Source: an uncultured Nitrospiraceae bacterium
GTDB taxonomy: Bacteria > Nitrospirota > Thermodesulfovibrionia > Thermodesulfovibrionales > Dissulfurispiraceae
Length of the DNA: 64,000 nt
Direction of reading: 5' to 3'
Assembly: GCA_947085205.1 (NCBI GenBank)
Contig: CAMTVO010000014.1
Location: 32,001 to 96,000, forward strand
In this document: positions 1 to 8,701 of the stretch, in pieces
Layout: every line of letters begins with the position of its first letter
How positions within the stretch are numbered: position 1 is the stretch's first letter
Notes under the pieces: generated by a model
The model's input: the letters and a program-made list of their open reading frames with translations, nothing else
What the model was told of the DNA's origin: nothing
Databases searched by the model: none
Made by a program: the position numbers and the translations under genes

Positions 1-865
1 CGCGCAATGATCTCAACAGGTCTTTTATCACTTCTCTCGTTACATCCTCAATAATGTCAGGGACGTTGCTTGATATTGCCTCTTTCACAGAATCCTGTAT
101 TGTTAAAGAAATATCGCTGCTTATTATACTGGAAACCTTTTCTTCAATGGTCTGTTTTATTATTTCGTATATCTCTTCCTTTGCAGGTAATTCTACTTCC
201 TTTAACTCGTAACTCTTAACTCCTAACTCCTCACCGCCTTTCAACGCCTCGGCGAGCTCTTCTGCAAATCCCTTTGTATCCTCAGATAAAGCAGCCTTAG
301 CTTCATATTCCTCATCCGCCATTACCTCTTCGGCCTTTTCTTCTGCAATAGGAATTTCTTCGTCCCATTTCGGCTCTTCCCGAGTTTGCGGAGTAGCCGA
401 TACTGCTAATTCCACTGTAGCTTCAGGGGCATCTTCTGTTGCGGCCAACAACTCCTCTTCTATCGCCTCTTCCGGCTCCGTCTTCTTTGACTGCTCAAAG
501 CCGACAAGCAGTGCTTTCACTTTGCTTATCAACTCCTGCGACTCGAATGGTTTAATGATAAAGTCGTCTGCAAAAACAGATTTTGCATATTCTTCGTCGA
601 AAGGTTCAAAGGCACCTGCAAGTAAAATTACAGGAATAGCTGCAGTAGCCATATCATTTTTAATCTTTTCGCACAACTGATACCCGTTCAATTTAGGCAT
701 CTCGATGTCGGCAAGAATTATGTCGGGTTTAAAAGACTCCATTGCATTTAATGCCTGCTCGCCGTCATTAAATGCCCTTATTTCGAAATTTTCCGACGTA
801 AGGACAAGCTCAACCACCTTCTGTATGGTGAGGCTATCGTCTGCTAATAATAGTTTATAGGGCAT
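1..865 (-). CDS. RomR-like response regulator (receiver domain, acidic linker, helical C-terminus); truncated at the window edge
   Basis: Not in the ORF track; read manually from the ATG at 865: MPYKLLLADDSLTIQKVV...ADIEMPKLNGYQLCEKIK...PVILLAGAFEPFDEE...DDFIIKPFESQEL, followed by a Glu-rich linker. Resembles the Myxococcus RomR receiver domain. Confidence 0.8.
   Translation of the reverse strand, partial: MPYKLLLADDSLTIQKVVELVLTSENFEIRAFNDGEQALNAMESFKPDIILADIEMPKLNGYQLCEKIKNDMATAAIPVILLAGAFEPFDEEYAKSVFADDFIIKPFESQELISKVKALLVGFEQSKKTEPEEAIEEELLAATEDAPEATVELAVSATPQTREEPKWDEEIPIAEEKAEEVMADEEYEAKAALSEDTKGFAEELAEALKGGEELGVKSYELKEVELPAKEEIYEIIKQTIEEKVSSIISSDISLTIQDSVKEAISSNVPDIIEDVTREVIKDLLRSLR
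203..230. repeat. In-frame heptamer array (TAACTCN)x4 inside the RomR-like gene
   Basis: taactcg-taactct-taactcc-taactcc; encodes ELGVKSYEL. Confidence 0.8.
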
Positions 866-878
866 AATTAACCTCTTT

Positions 879-984
879 CGTTATAGCGTTTATTGCGTTG
901 AGCGTTATAGCGTAAAGCGTTGAGCAATATAAGGAAATAAATAATTTACGCATAACTCTATAACTCTATAACTCTATAACGCTA
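879..984. repeat. Inverted pair of 7/8-mer arrays (GCGTTATA-like, then TAACTCTA)
   Basis: Left arm 879-925, right arm 952-984, AT-rich spacer between them. Confidence 0.85.
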
Positions 985-988
985 CTTG

Positions 989-1360
989 TCAAGACTTTTT
1001 CTTACTCCTGTAGTCTTCTATAGCCTTTCTCAACGCATCGGCGCCCAGATTCGAACAGTGCATTTTCTGAGGCGGTAGACCTCCCAATTCCTGAGCCACC
1101 GCCTCCTTTGATATAGCAAGGGCATCATCGAGAGTCTTCCCTTTGACCATTTCTGTAACCATGCTGCTTACTGCAATGGCAGCGCCGCATCCGAATGTCC
1201 TGAACTTTGCGTCTACTATCCTGTCGTTTTCGACCTTTATGAATATCTGCATCGCATCCCCGCATATCGGGTTGCCTTCCATGCCGACGCCGTCTGCATC
1301 AGTGATTTCGCCCACATTTCTCGGATTCATAAAATGGTCCATTACCTTTTCAGAATACAT
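989..1360 (-). CDS. iscU: Fe-S scaffold protein IscU/NifU-N
   Basis: YSEKVMDHFMNPRNVG, GNPICGD, FGCGAA, LPPQKMHCS. Confidence 0.95.
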   Translation of the reverse strand: MYSEKVMDHFMNPRNVGEITDADGVGMEGNPICGDAMQIFIKVENDRIVDAKFRTFGCGAAIAVSSMVTEMVKGKTLDDALAISKEAVAQELGGLPPQKMHCSNLGADALRKAIEDYRSKKKS

Positions 1361-1372
1361 TTTTATCCTCCT

Positions 1373-2584
1373 TTATCCTGTATAACATTTTTCTCCTTCG
1401 CCGTGCTCTTCAAATCCTTTTTGGCCCCATCCCTTTGCAAATGGGGACATCTCCCTCAGCCTGCTGATTATCTGCGGAAACTCATTGACAAAGCAGTCCA
1501 CATCTTCATTTGTATTGCTCATTCCGACGCTGAATACGATAGAGCCCTGCGCAAGCGCAGAAGGGATTCCGAGAGATAATAGCACCGGAGAAGATTTAAG
1601 CGCCCTCGAAGAACAGGCAGAGCCGCTGGCTGCATATATGCCCTTCATCGAGAGCATCAAGAGCATAGCCTCTCCCTCGATAAATTCGACTACGAAACTC
1701 GCATGATGCGGCAGTCTGTTTTCCGGATGTCCCGTGAGATATACGTTGGGTATTTTAAGCGCGTTTTCTATTATTCTGTCGCGAAGCCTTTTGCAGTGCT
1801 CGATTCTATTGCTCAGCTCGCTCTTTGCAAGTTCGGCAGCCTTGCCCATTCCGGCTATTGCAGGGACATTTTCAGTGCCTGCCCTCCTGCCGCCTTCCTG
1901 AATGCCTCCGTAAATGAGGGGAACTATTCTCAAGCCTTCCCTGACATAAAGCGCTCCTGCTCCTTTCGGACCGTAAAACTGGTGCGCCGCCATGCTCAGG
2001 AGGTCAACGCCTAACTCCTTCACATCTACCGGGATATTTCCTGTTGTTGCGACCGCATCCGTGTGGAATAAGATATTCCTTTCCTTTGCTATTGCCGCTA
2101 ATTTCTTTATAGGCTCTATTGAGCCGATTTCGCTGCTTGCATGCGCCACGGAAATGAGAATCGTCTCTTTTGTAATAGAACTTTTTAAAACCTCCGGGTC
2201 GACAAGCCCATATTTATCTACAGGAAGATAGGTAACCACAAAACCGCTCTTTTCCAAAAATCGCGCTGAATTAAGGATAGAGTGGTGCTCTACTTTCGAC
2301 ACTATCACATGTTTACCCTGATTCTGCTTTGCAAGGGCTATTCCCCTGAGTGCGAAATTGTTTGCCTCAGCGCCGCTTGCAGTAAAGACAATTGCAGAAG
2401 GCTTTGCATTAATGAGCAAGGCAACCTGTTCTCTTGCTTTTTCTATGGCATCCCTCGCCCTTATTCCGAGGTCATAGACGCTGAGAGGATTTCCGAAATC
2501 TTCCTTGAAATGAGGCATCATTGCATTCAGCGCTTCCGGATGCAATGGATTTGTTGCCACATGGTCAAAATAGCACTTTCCCAT
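1373..2584 (-). CDS. iscS: Cysteine desulfurase IscS/NifS
   Basis: YFDHVAT, EHHSI, HTDAV, HQFYGPKG, RRAGTEN, SGSACSS. The expected PLP-binding Lys of the (S/A)HK motif appears as Gln (AAHQFYGPKG). Confidence 0.9.
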   Translation of the reverse strand: MGKCYFDHVATNPLHPEALNAMMPHFKEDFGNPLSVYDLGIRARDAIEKAREQVALLINAKPSAIVFTASGAEANNFALRGIALAKQNQGKHVIVSKVEHHSILNSARFLEKSGFVVTYLPVDKYGLVDPEVLKSSITKETILISVAHASSEIGSIEPIKKLAAIAKERNILFHTDAVATTGNIPVDVKELGVDLLSMAAHQFYGPKGAGALYVREGLRIVPLIYGGIQEGGRRAGTENVPAIAGMGKAAELAKSELSNRIEHCKRLRDRIIENALKIPNVYLTGHPENRLPHHASFVVEFIEGEAMLLMLSMKGIYAASGSACSSRALKSSPVLLSLGIPSALAQGSIVFSVGMSNTNEDVDCFVNEFPQIISRLREMSPFAKGWGQKGFEEHGEGEKCYTG

Positions 2585-2600
2585 AATAGCTCCTTAAAAT

Positions 2601-2670
2601 TAGGCGATAGGTCATAGACTATAGGCAATAGGTTTTTGTTTTTTACCTATAGCCTATTGCCCATTGCCTG
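2601..2670. repeat. Inverted pair of heptamer arrays (GGCRATA / CCTATTG) overlapping the tusA 3' end
   Basis: taggcgataggtcatagactataggcaatagg ... cctatagcctattgcccattgcct. Confidence 0.85.
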
Positions 2671-2910
2671 TTTTTTTACATAAAACTTGTAATAATCCTC
2701 ATCCTCGTCCATCCCTATAAACTCATTTCCTGTCCTTTCGCACCATTGTGGTATATCTTCGAGGGCGCCATCATAATCAGTAAGTATCTCAAGCACCTGT
2801 CCCTTCTCAAGCCCCTTTATCATCTCGTCCAGTTTGAGAAGATGCATGGGACACATCATATAAACAATATCGGCGGTTACGTCCGCCTTTACATCATGAA
2901 CGAATTTCAT
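2647..2910 (-). CDS. tusA: TusA/SirA-family sulfur carrier
   Basis: CPMH (CPxP-like), GQVLEILTD, DIPQWC. Confidence 0.85.
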   Translation of the reverse strand: MKFVHDVKADVTADIVYMMCPMHLLKLDEMIKGLEKGQVLEILTDYDGALEDIPQWCERTGNEFIGMDEDEDYYKFYVKKQAMGNRL

Positions 2911-2938
2911 ACGTTAAAAGTTTCAAAGAATCATATTA

Positions 2939-3400
2939 TTAAAGTGTCAGCGTTTTATATCTTGACTCTTTGAGTCTCTGGCTCTTTGATATAAACTCTC
3001 CTGTTATGAGATTCTTCAGTGTTATGGTATTCAAAAACGCCTCGATCTGCTCACCCAATACCTTCCACAACAGATGGGTCACGCAACTGTCAACCCTCAC
3101 ACAGCCTCCTTCAGGATCGAGACATGAAGTTAGGGCAACAGGGCCTTCCAGTTCGTTTAAAATCGAGGCAATGCTTACATTTTCAGGACTTTTGTCTAAG
3201 ATATAACCGCCTCCGGGGCCTTTTATGCTTTTTATAAGTCCGGCCTTCCTGAGTTTATTGAGTATCTGCTCAAGGTATGCAACAGAGACATCCTGTTTTT
3301 CGGAAATTTCCTTAATGGTTACCGGAGTTTCAGGATAGCCCTTTGCAATCTCATACATGGCCCTGACGCCATACTGTCCTTTTGTCGATAATCTCAGCAT
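2939..3400 (-). CDS. iscR: Rrf2-family Fe-S regulator IscR
   Basis: STKGQYGVRAM, YLEQI, KGPGGGY, C-x6-C-x5-C-x2-H; heads the isc operon. Confidence 0.9.
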   Translation of the reverse strand: MLRLSTKGQYGVRAMYEIAKGYPETPVTIKEISEKQDVSVAYLEQILNKLRKAGLIKSIKGPGGGYILDKSPENVSIASILNELEGPVALTSCLDPEGGCVRVDSCVTHLLWKVLGEQIEAFLNTITLKNLITGEFISKSQRLKESRYKTLTL

Positions 3401-3406
3401 GAATTT

Positions 3407-3439
3407 ATGCTATAAAACCTTACTGTTTTTGTCAAGTAT
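3407..3439 (-). promoter_or_regulatory. Sigma70 promoter (TTGACA-17-TAGCAT) overlapped by an IscR type-1-like operator
   Basis: Minus strand reads ATACTTGACAAAAACAGTAAGGTTTTATAGCAT; the -10 element lies 6 nt before the ATG. Confidence 0.8.
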
Positions 3440-3445
3440 TATGAT

Positions 3446-3478
3446 AAAAAACAGGCGATAGGCTATTGCCTATCGCCT
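3446..3478 (-). terminator. Intrinsic terminator after mlaC, built from GGCRATA-type heptamers
   Basis: AGGCGATAGGC-4 nt-GCCTATCGCCT (11 bp stem) followed by GTTTTTT on the minus strand. Confidence 0.75.
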
Positions 3479-4159
3479 CTACTTTGCCTTTTCCTCAAAA
3501 AGCTCTTCTTCCTGTTTGTCCTTCATCTTCTTGACAAGCTCTTCGTAGGAATCCCGCAGAATGATCTTATTAAATTGTGTCCTGTAATTGCTTACGAGGC
3601 TTACGCCTTCTATCACCACATCATATACTTCCCATTTGCCATTCTTTTTGAGGAGCCTGTAATGTATAGGTATTTCAACATTTCTCTTTGTGATTACCTT
3701 GCTTTTTACAACAGAGTATTCGCCCTCTATATCCTCACCCACATACAAAATCTTTTCGTCTTCATAGGCCTCAATCTTTTTAATATATGACCTTTCAAGA
3801 AGGTCGGCATATAACGGCACAAACTCTTTTCTTTCCTCTGGCGTCCTTTTTCTCCAATGAAGGGCGAGGGACCTCTTTGCCATTTCCTCAAAATCAAATC
3901 TCTCGGAAATAGTCTTGCGGATTGCAGTCCTTCGCTCCTTTGTTTTTTCCGGCTTCTTCAGTTCCTTGTTTCTTAAGATATCAAGAACCTTATCAACGGT
4001 CTGCTTTACCTGATTTGTAGGCTCACCAGCATAGGCATCAGAAGCAGTGAATAGTGAATAGTGAATAGTGAACAGCAGAAGCATAACGAGTAACGAGTAA
4101 TGAGTAACAAGTTTTTTGAAATCTGAAATCTGAAATCTGAAATCTGAAATTTTTCCCAT
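3479..4159 (-). CDS. mlaC: MlaC/Ttg2D phospholipid shuttle protein
   Basis: FDFEEMAKRSLALHW, WEVYDVVIEGVSLVSNYRTQF. Confidence 0.9.
   Translation of the reverse strand: MGKISDFRFQISDFKKLVTHYSLLVMLLLFTIHYSLFTASDAYAGEPTNQVKQTVDKVLDILRNKELKKPEKTKERRTAIRKTISERFDFEEMAKRSLALHWRKRTPEERKEFVPLYADLLERSYIKKIEAYEDEKILYVGEDIEGEYSVVKSKVITKRNVEIPIHYRLLKKNGKWEVYDVVIEGVSLVSNYRTQFNKIILRDSYEELVKKMKDKQEEELFEEKAK
4046..4151. repeat. Three consecutive heptamer arrays (AGTGAAT, TAACGAG, TGAAATC) encoding the MlaC signal peptide
   Basis: 4, 4 and 5 copies; encode ISDFRFQISDF, LVTHYSLLV and LFTIHYSLFT. Confidence 0.9.
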
Positions 4160-4169
4160 AATCGCCTCT

Positions 4170-5579
4170 CTATCTTATCTCTTTCAAATCCAATCCTGTT
4201 GCATACAAAAGATTTGCGAATGATATCCTATGATTATATATAGAGCGTAGATTATCTGCCTTCATCTGTGAGTAAGCTACCGCTGCATCAGCCACATCCT
4301 TTGCATCGCCTATCCCGAGGTCGAAGTTAGCCACTGCCGCAACAAGCCACTTCCTTGCATTTCTGTATGCCTTTTCTGTCTCTATGATATTCTTCCTTGC
4401 CTCTTCCAGATCGAGATATGCCTTTCTCACCTGAAACGGTATGGCATCGTCGGCGAATTTCTTCTTCTCCAGCAATTTATAATATTCAGCCTGAGCCTCC
4501 TTCACCCTTCCCCCTGTTATTCCGAAATCGATAGACCACTTAAGCCCCATAAATGCAGCGCTGTAGGCATGGTTAAAGTAATCGTAAATATACGGGTTAT
4601 CCACCTTATCCCTGTTTGTTGCACCTGCTACAGATGCCTTCAGTCCTACAAATAACTGAGGATAGTAGTTGCTCTTCTCCACACCGATAAGGGCATTCCT
4701 CGCATTCAAACCCTCTTTAAGCTGGATAAATTCAGGTCTGAGTTCCACAGCATTTTTCAAATAGTTATTCAGCTCCTCGGGGATTCTGCTTTCCGGCGTG
4801 AGAAAAGTGTCTGCAGTATCGAATTCGGTTCCTCTTGGAAACCCCATGCTTGTTACAAGGGCATCTGTTGCAAGGGCAATTCCCTTTTCTGCCTCGTTGA
4901 TGTTTTTGTCAACCGCTCCTAAAAATGTCCTGAGTTTGAATAGATTGAGTTCGTCCGCCCACGGAGAGTCTATTTCTATCTGTTTCTCCGCCTTTTTTAT
5001 CGATTCGACAAGTTCGTCCTTGACTTCCAGAGCAAGGTTTCGCATATCCTTTGCAAGGAGAAGGCCGTAATAAAGTTCCTTTGTTCTTAAAACTATATCA
5101 GATGTCTTCTTATCCACACCTGCCTTTGCCACTTTTATGCCGCTCGAGGCAGCCTCTCTATAACTGCTTATCTTGCCGAATGTGTATATGGGCTGGATTA
5201 ATGTGACCTCTGTACTGCCGAATATCCCGTTGACAGTTGTTCCTACAGATGTATTAACATTTGGGCTTATCTGCTCCCTCTTTGCCCTTGGAGACGGCCC
5301 TGTAATTGCGAGTACCTCTATCTGAGGATAGACTGCCGAGTCTGCCTGGAGCTTTTTTGACTTATACGCTTCCTCTTCGTATCGTGATTCGCCTATCTCG
5401 GGGCTGACCTCGATAGCCTTTTTTATGCACTGCTCGATATTTAAAACAATCTTTCCACTATCTTGAGCATATGCAGGAATGGCTAAATTAGTAGACAGTA
5501 AGCAGTAGACAGTAGACAGTAAAAAAAGAAAAATTTTTTTTGACTGCTGACTCCTGACTGCTGACTGCTGACACTTCAT
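4170..5579 (-). CDS. TolC-family outer membrane protein
   Basis: Signal peptide and two OEP repeats (YPQI...QPIYTFG; YYPQL...NLLYATG). Confidence 0.85.
   Translation of the reverse strand: MKCQQSAVRSQQSKKIFLFLLSTVYCLLSTNLAIPAYAQDSGKIVLNIEQCIKKAIEVSPEIGESRYEEEAYKSKKLQADSAVYPQIEVLAITGPSPRAKREQISPNVNTSVGTTVNGIFGSTEVTLIQPIYTFGKISSYREAASSGIKVAKAGVDKKTSDIVLRTKELYYGLLLAKDMRNLALEVKDELVESIKKAEKQIEIDSPWADELNLFKLRTFLGAVDKNINEAEKGIALATDALVTSMGFPRGTEFDTADTFLTPESRIPEELNNYLKNAVELRPEFIQLKEGLNARNALIGVEKSNYYPQLFVGLKASVAGATNRDKVDNPYIYDYFNHAYSAAFMGLKWSIDFGITGGRVKEAQAEYYKLLEKKKFADDAIPFQVRKAYLDLEEARKNIIETEKAYRNARKWLVAAVANFDLGIGDAKDVADAAVAYSQMKADNLRSIYNHRISFANLLYATGLDLKEIR
5490..5575. repeat. Heptamer arrays (AGTAGAC, TGACTGC) in the TolC N-terminus
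   Basis: Encode CQQSAVRSQQS and LLSTVYCLLST. Confidence 0.9.
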
Positions 5580-5588
5580 ACTTTCCTC

Positions 5589-6032
5589 CTAAACCTCACC
5601 GAATACATATTTTTGCAGCAATTCTTCTATATCAATAGCTGATTCTGTCTCCCTTATTTTACCGCCGTCCGAAATGATTTTTTCAGAACCGCCTGGTGTT
5701 ATCTGTAAATATTTTTCACCTATAAGTCCCTTTGTCTTTACAGATGCTATAGCATCCTCCTGCAGCTTGACACTGCTGTATATTGTTATTTCAACCAACG
5801 CCCCGTAGTCCTTGCTTAACCTTACGCCTTTTACCTTCCCTATATCAACACCTGCCATTTCAACCACTGCGCCAGGTTTAATCCCCCCTGCCTTTTCAAA
5901 TTCAGCATATACTGTATAACTGTTCTTCCCTATTATTTCAAGTTCACCAAGCTTTATGGATAAATAGCCGAGGGAGATAATACCTATTAAAACAAAGAAA
6001 CCGACAGCCAATTCTACGTCAATTTTTTTCAT
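5589..6032 (-). CDS. mlaD: MCE-domain protein MlaD
   Basis: GGIKPGAVVEMAGVDIGKV, TKGLIGEKYLQITPG. Confidence 0.92.
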   Translation of the reverse strand: MKKIDVELAVGFFVLIGIISLGYLSIKLGELEIIGKNSYTVYAEFEKAGGIKPGAVVEMAGVDIGKVKGVRLSKDYGALVEITIYSSVKLQEDAIASVKTKGLIGEKYLQITPGGSEKIISDGGKIRETESAIDIEELLQKYVFGEV

Positions 6033-6077
6033 AAACTCTCCTGCTTTGCCGGAATGCGGAAAATGCGGTTTCTTTAA

Positions 6078-6827
6078 TCAATCCATTACTCCTATTGGCC
6101 CCTCAATGCCGCCTGTTATAAACTGTCGTACCACCGGATTGTTTGACCTCTTAATTTCATCAGGAGTACCAGCATCTATTATAATGCCATTATACAACAT
6201 GGCAACACTGTTTGCTACCTCAAATATCTTCGGCACATCATGACTTATTACCACACCTGTATACCCATATTTTTCATGGGTGCTTGTTATAAGTTTCTGC
6301 ATAGAACTCGATAGAATCGGGTCAAGACCTGTGGTTGGCTCATCAAAAAGCACAATGGATGGCTCTGTAATAAGCGCCCTTGCAAGGGCGACCCTCTTTT
6401 TCATGCCTCCGCTCAGTTCTGCTGTGTACTTGTTCTCCACTCCTTTCAGACCAACATCAGCCAGTGCATGCATAACCCTATCCTGTATTTCCATCTTACT
6501 TAACCTTGTTTTTTCCATAAGTTGGAAAGCGACATTTCCATATACATTAAGGGAATCAAAAAGCGCACCTCCCTGAAAGAGCACTCCAAATTTTTCTCTT
6601 ATTATATCCAGCTCCTTTGGTTCAAGCCCTGTAATATCCACACCGTCAACTAACACCTTCCCCTTATCAGGCATGAGGAGACCTATAATATGTTTTATCA
6701 GCACACTTTTACCGCAGCCGCTCTTTCCCATTATGGTTATAATTTCTTTGTCATGGATTGTCAAATTTACACCCTTGAGGACTTCCTGACCGTTAAAAGA
6801 TTTATGAAGGTCAATGATTTCTATCAT
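6078..6827 (-). CDS. mlaF: ABC ATPase MlaF
   Basis: GKSGCGKS, FQGGALFDSL, LSGGMKKRVALARA, DEPTTGLDP. Confidence 0.92.
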   Translation of the reverse strand: MIEIIDLHKSFNGQEVLKGVNLTIHDKEIITIMGKSGCGKSVLIKHIIGLLMPDKGKVLVDGVDITGLEPKELDIIREKFGVLFQGGALFDSLNVYGNVAFQLMEKTRLSKMEIQDRVMHALADVGLKGVENKYTAELSGGMKKRVALARALITEPSIVLFDEPTTGLDPILSSSMQKLITSTHEKYGYTGVVISHDVPKIFEVANSVAMLYNGIIIDAGTPDEIKRSNNPVVRQFITGGIEGPIGVMD

Positions 6828-6836
6828 TTAATCCTC

Positions 6837-7607
6837 TCATAAAAGGACTGAGCCGAGGAAGTAATCCCAGACAAGGATTAATATGGATGATATCACTACA
6901 GCCTCTGTTGTGGCCTTGCTGACCCCTTCTGCGCCATAACCTGTATAAAAACCCTTATAGCAGCATACCCATGACACGATAACGCCGAAACTGAGGGATT
7001 TATAAAGTCCGATCATTACATCCTCCATATCCACATAATCCTTCATAAGCGAGAAATATGTTCCTGAATTAATCCCGAGTATCTCCACTCCCACCACATA
7101 TCCACCATATATGCCGATTACATCAAAAATGGCTGTAAGCAAGGGAAAGACTATTATGGCAGCAGCTATGCTTGGCACAATGAGATAACGCATGGGATTG
7201 AGTCCCATTGCTGTAAGGGCGTCTATCTGCTCGGTAATCCTCATCATGCCTATCTCTGCAGTCAATGCCGAACCTGCCCTGCCTGTAACCATCAGGGCAG
7301 AAAGGACAGGCCCCAATTCCCTGATAAGGCTGAGTGCAATGCCAGGACCTAATAATGCATCTGAGCCGAACTTTCTTAGGATATAATATAATTGCAGGGC
7401 GAGGACCATACCGGTAAAAGCGCCTGTAAGGAGAATTACAGCCATGGATTTATTTCCAAAGAATCTTATCTGCCTCAAAAGCAATTTGAATTTAAATGGT
7501 GGAATGAAGATAAAATAAAAGGAGTTTAACAGAAAGAGGAACATGTGGCCCATTCTTCTCAAGATTGAGAGTGCCCACGAACCTAATATCCTCAATAATT
7601 TTTCCAT
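6837..7607 (-). CDS. mlaE: ABC permease MlaE
   Basis: RELGPVLSALMVTGRAGSALTAEIGMMRITEQIDAL. Confidence 0.95.
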   Translation of the reverse strand: MEKLLRILGSWALSILRRMGHMFLFLLNSFYFIFIPPFKFKLLLRQIRFFGNKSMAVILLTGAFTGMVLALQLYYILRKFGSDALLGPGIALSLIRELGPVLSALMVTGRAGSALTAEIGMMRITEQIDALTAMGLNPMRYLIVPSIAAAIIVFPLLTAIFDVIGIYGGYVVGVEILGINSGTYFSLMKDYVDMEDVMIGLYKSLSFGVIVSWVCCYKGFYTGYGAEGVSKATTEAVVISSILILVWDYFLGSVLL

Positions 7608-7643
7608 TTAAATACACTTCCGTCCGTTTATTCTTAGCCTTTA

Positions 7644-7672
7644 ATAATAAAAAAAGCGCGTAGTGTTGTCAA
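7644..7672 (-). promoter_or_regulatory. Sigma70 promoter for mlaE
   Basis: TTGACA-17 nt-TATTAT on the minus strand. Confidence 0.7.
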
Positions 7673-7732
7673 TTAAATTTGCTTTAAAGCAATGACCTTT
7701 ATATCCAAAGTCAGTGGTAAGGGTTATAATTC

Positions 7733-7772
7733 GCTCATGGCTCATAGTTTTATAGTTTTTTGCTATGAGCCA
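7733..7772. repeat. GCTCATR / TATGAGC inverted heptamer pair overlapping the pyrD stop
   Basis: gctcatggctcatag ... ctatgagcca. Confidence 0.7.
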
Positions 7773-8701
7773 ATTTTCAGGCTTCCGATGATTTCATTAA
7801 TATCAGAAAGCCCTTCCTCTTTAAGAAATCTCTCAAGACCTTCTATTATTTCAATTGTTGCAGTAGGATTTACAAAATTAGCGGTTCCGACAGCAACAGC
7901 TTTTGCTCCTGCTATCAAGAATTCGAGGGCATCATTGGCGTCCATTATTCCGCCCATTCCGATAATCGGTATCTTTACAGCCTTATAGACTTCCCACACC
8001 ATCCTAACTGCAACAGGCCTGATTGCAGGTCCTGAAAGCCCACCGGTGACATTTGCAAGCGCCGGCTTGCGTTTTTTAATATCAACTACCATTCCGGTTA
8101 TTGTGTTTATCAAAGAAACCGCATCAGCGCCTGAATTTTCTGCAACTTTTGCCATAAATCCAACATTGGTAACATTAGGAGAGAGTTTTACTATCAGGGG
8201 GAGTTTTATTGCCTTCCTGACAGCAGTTACGGCCTGTTCCATTATTTTTGGGTCTGTGCCGAATACTATCCATCCTGCCTGCTTGTTCGGGCAAGAGATA
8301 TTCATTTCAAGGGCATGGACTCCTTCAGCGCTGCTTAATTCCTCTGCTGCCTGAACATATTCATCTATGCTGTCTCCAAAGAAATTTGCAATGACAGGAG
8401 TCTTGAACTTTTTCAGAAATGGGAGTTTCTCCTCTACGAAAGCCTTAACTCCTATATTCTGAAGACCAATGGCATTGAGCATTCCTGCTGGCGTTTCGAT
8501 AACCCTCGGTGTTGGATTTCCTTGTCTTGGCGCAACAGAAAGCCCCTTGACCACGATTGCGCCAAGCCTGCTTAAATCAAGAAATTCAGAATATTCCTCG
8601 CCATATCCGAATGTCCCTGATGCAGTCATCACAGGATTTTTGAGCCTTAATCCAGCGATGTCTATCTCAAGATTTATTTTCTTTTCTTTACTTAAATCCA
8701 T
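7763..8701 (-). CDS. pyrD: Dihydroorotate dehydrogenase B, catalytic subunit
   Basis: ASGTFGYG, NAIGLQN, NISCPN, KLSPNV, GGLSGPAI. Confidence 0.95.
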   Translation of the reverse strand: MDLSKEKKINLEIDIAGLRLKNPVMTASGTFGYGEEYSEFLDLSRLGAIVVKGLSVAPRQGNPTPRVIETPAGMLNAIGLQNIGVKAFVEEKLPFLKKFKTPVIANFFGDSIDEYVQAAEELSSAEGVHALEMNISCPNKQAGWIVFGTDPKIMEQAVTAVRKAIKLPLIVKLSPNVTNVGFMAKVAENSGADAVSLINTITGMVVDIKKRKPALANVTGGLSGPAIRPVAVRMVWEVYKAVKIPIIGMGGIMDANDALEFLIAGAKAVAVGTANFVNPTATIEIIEGLERFLKEEGLSDINEIIGSLKIGS

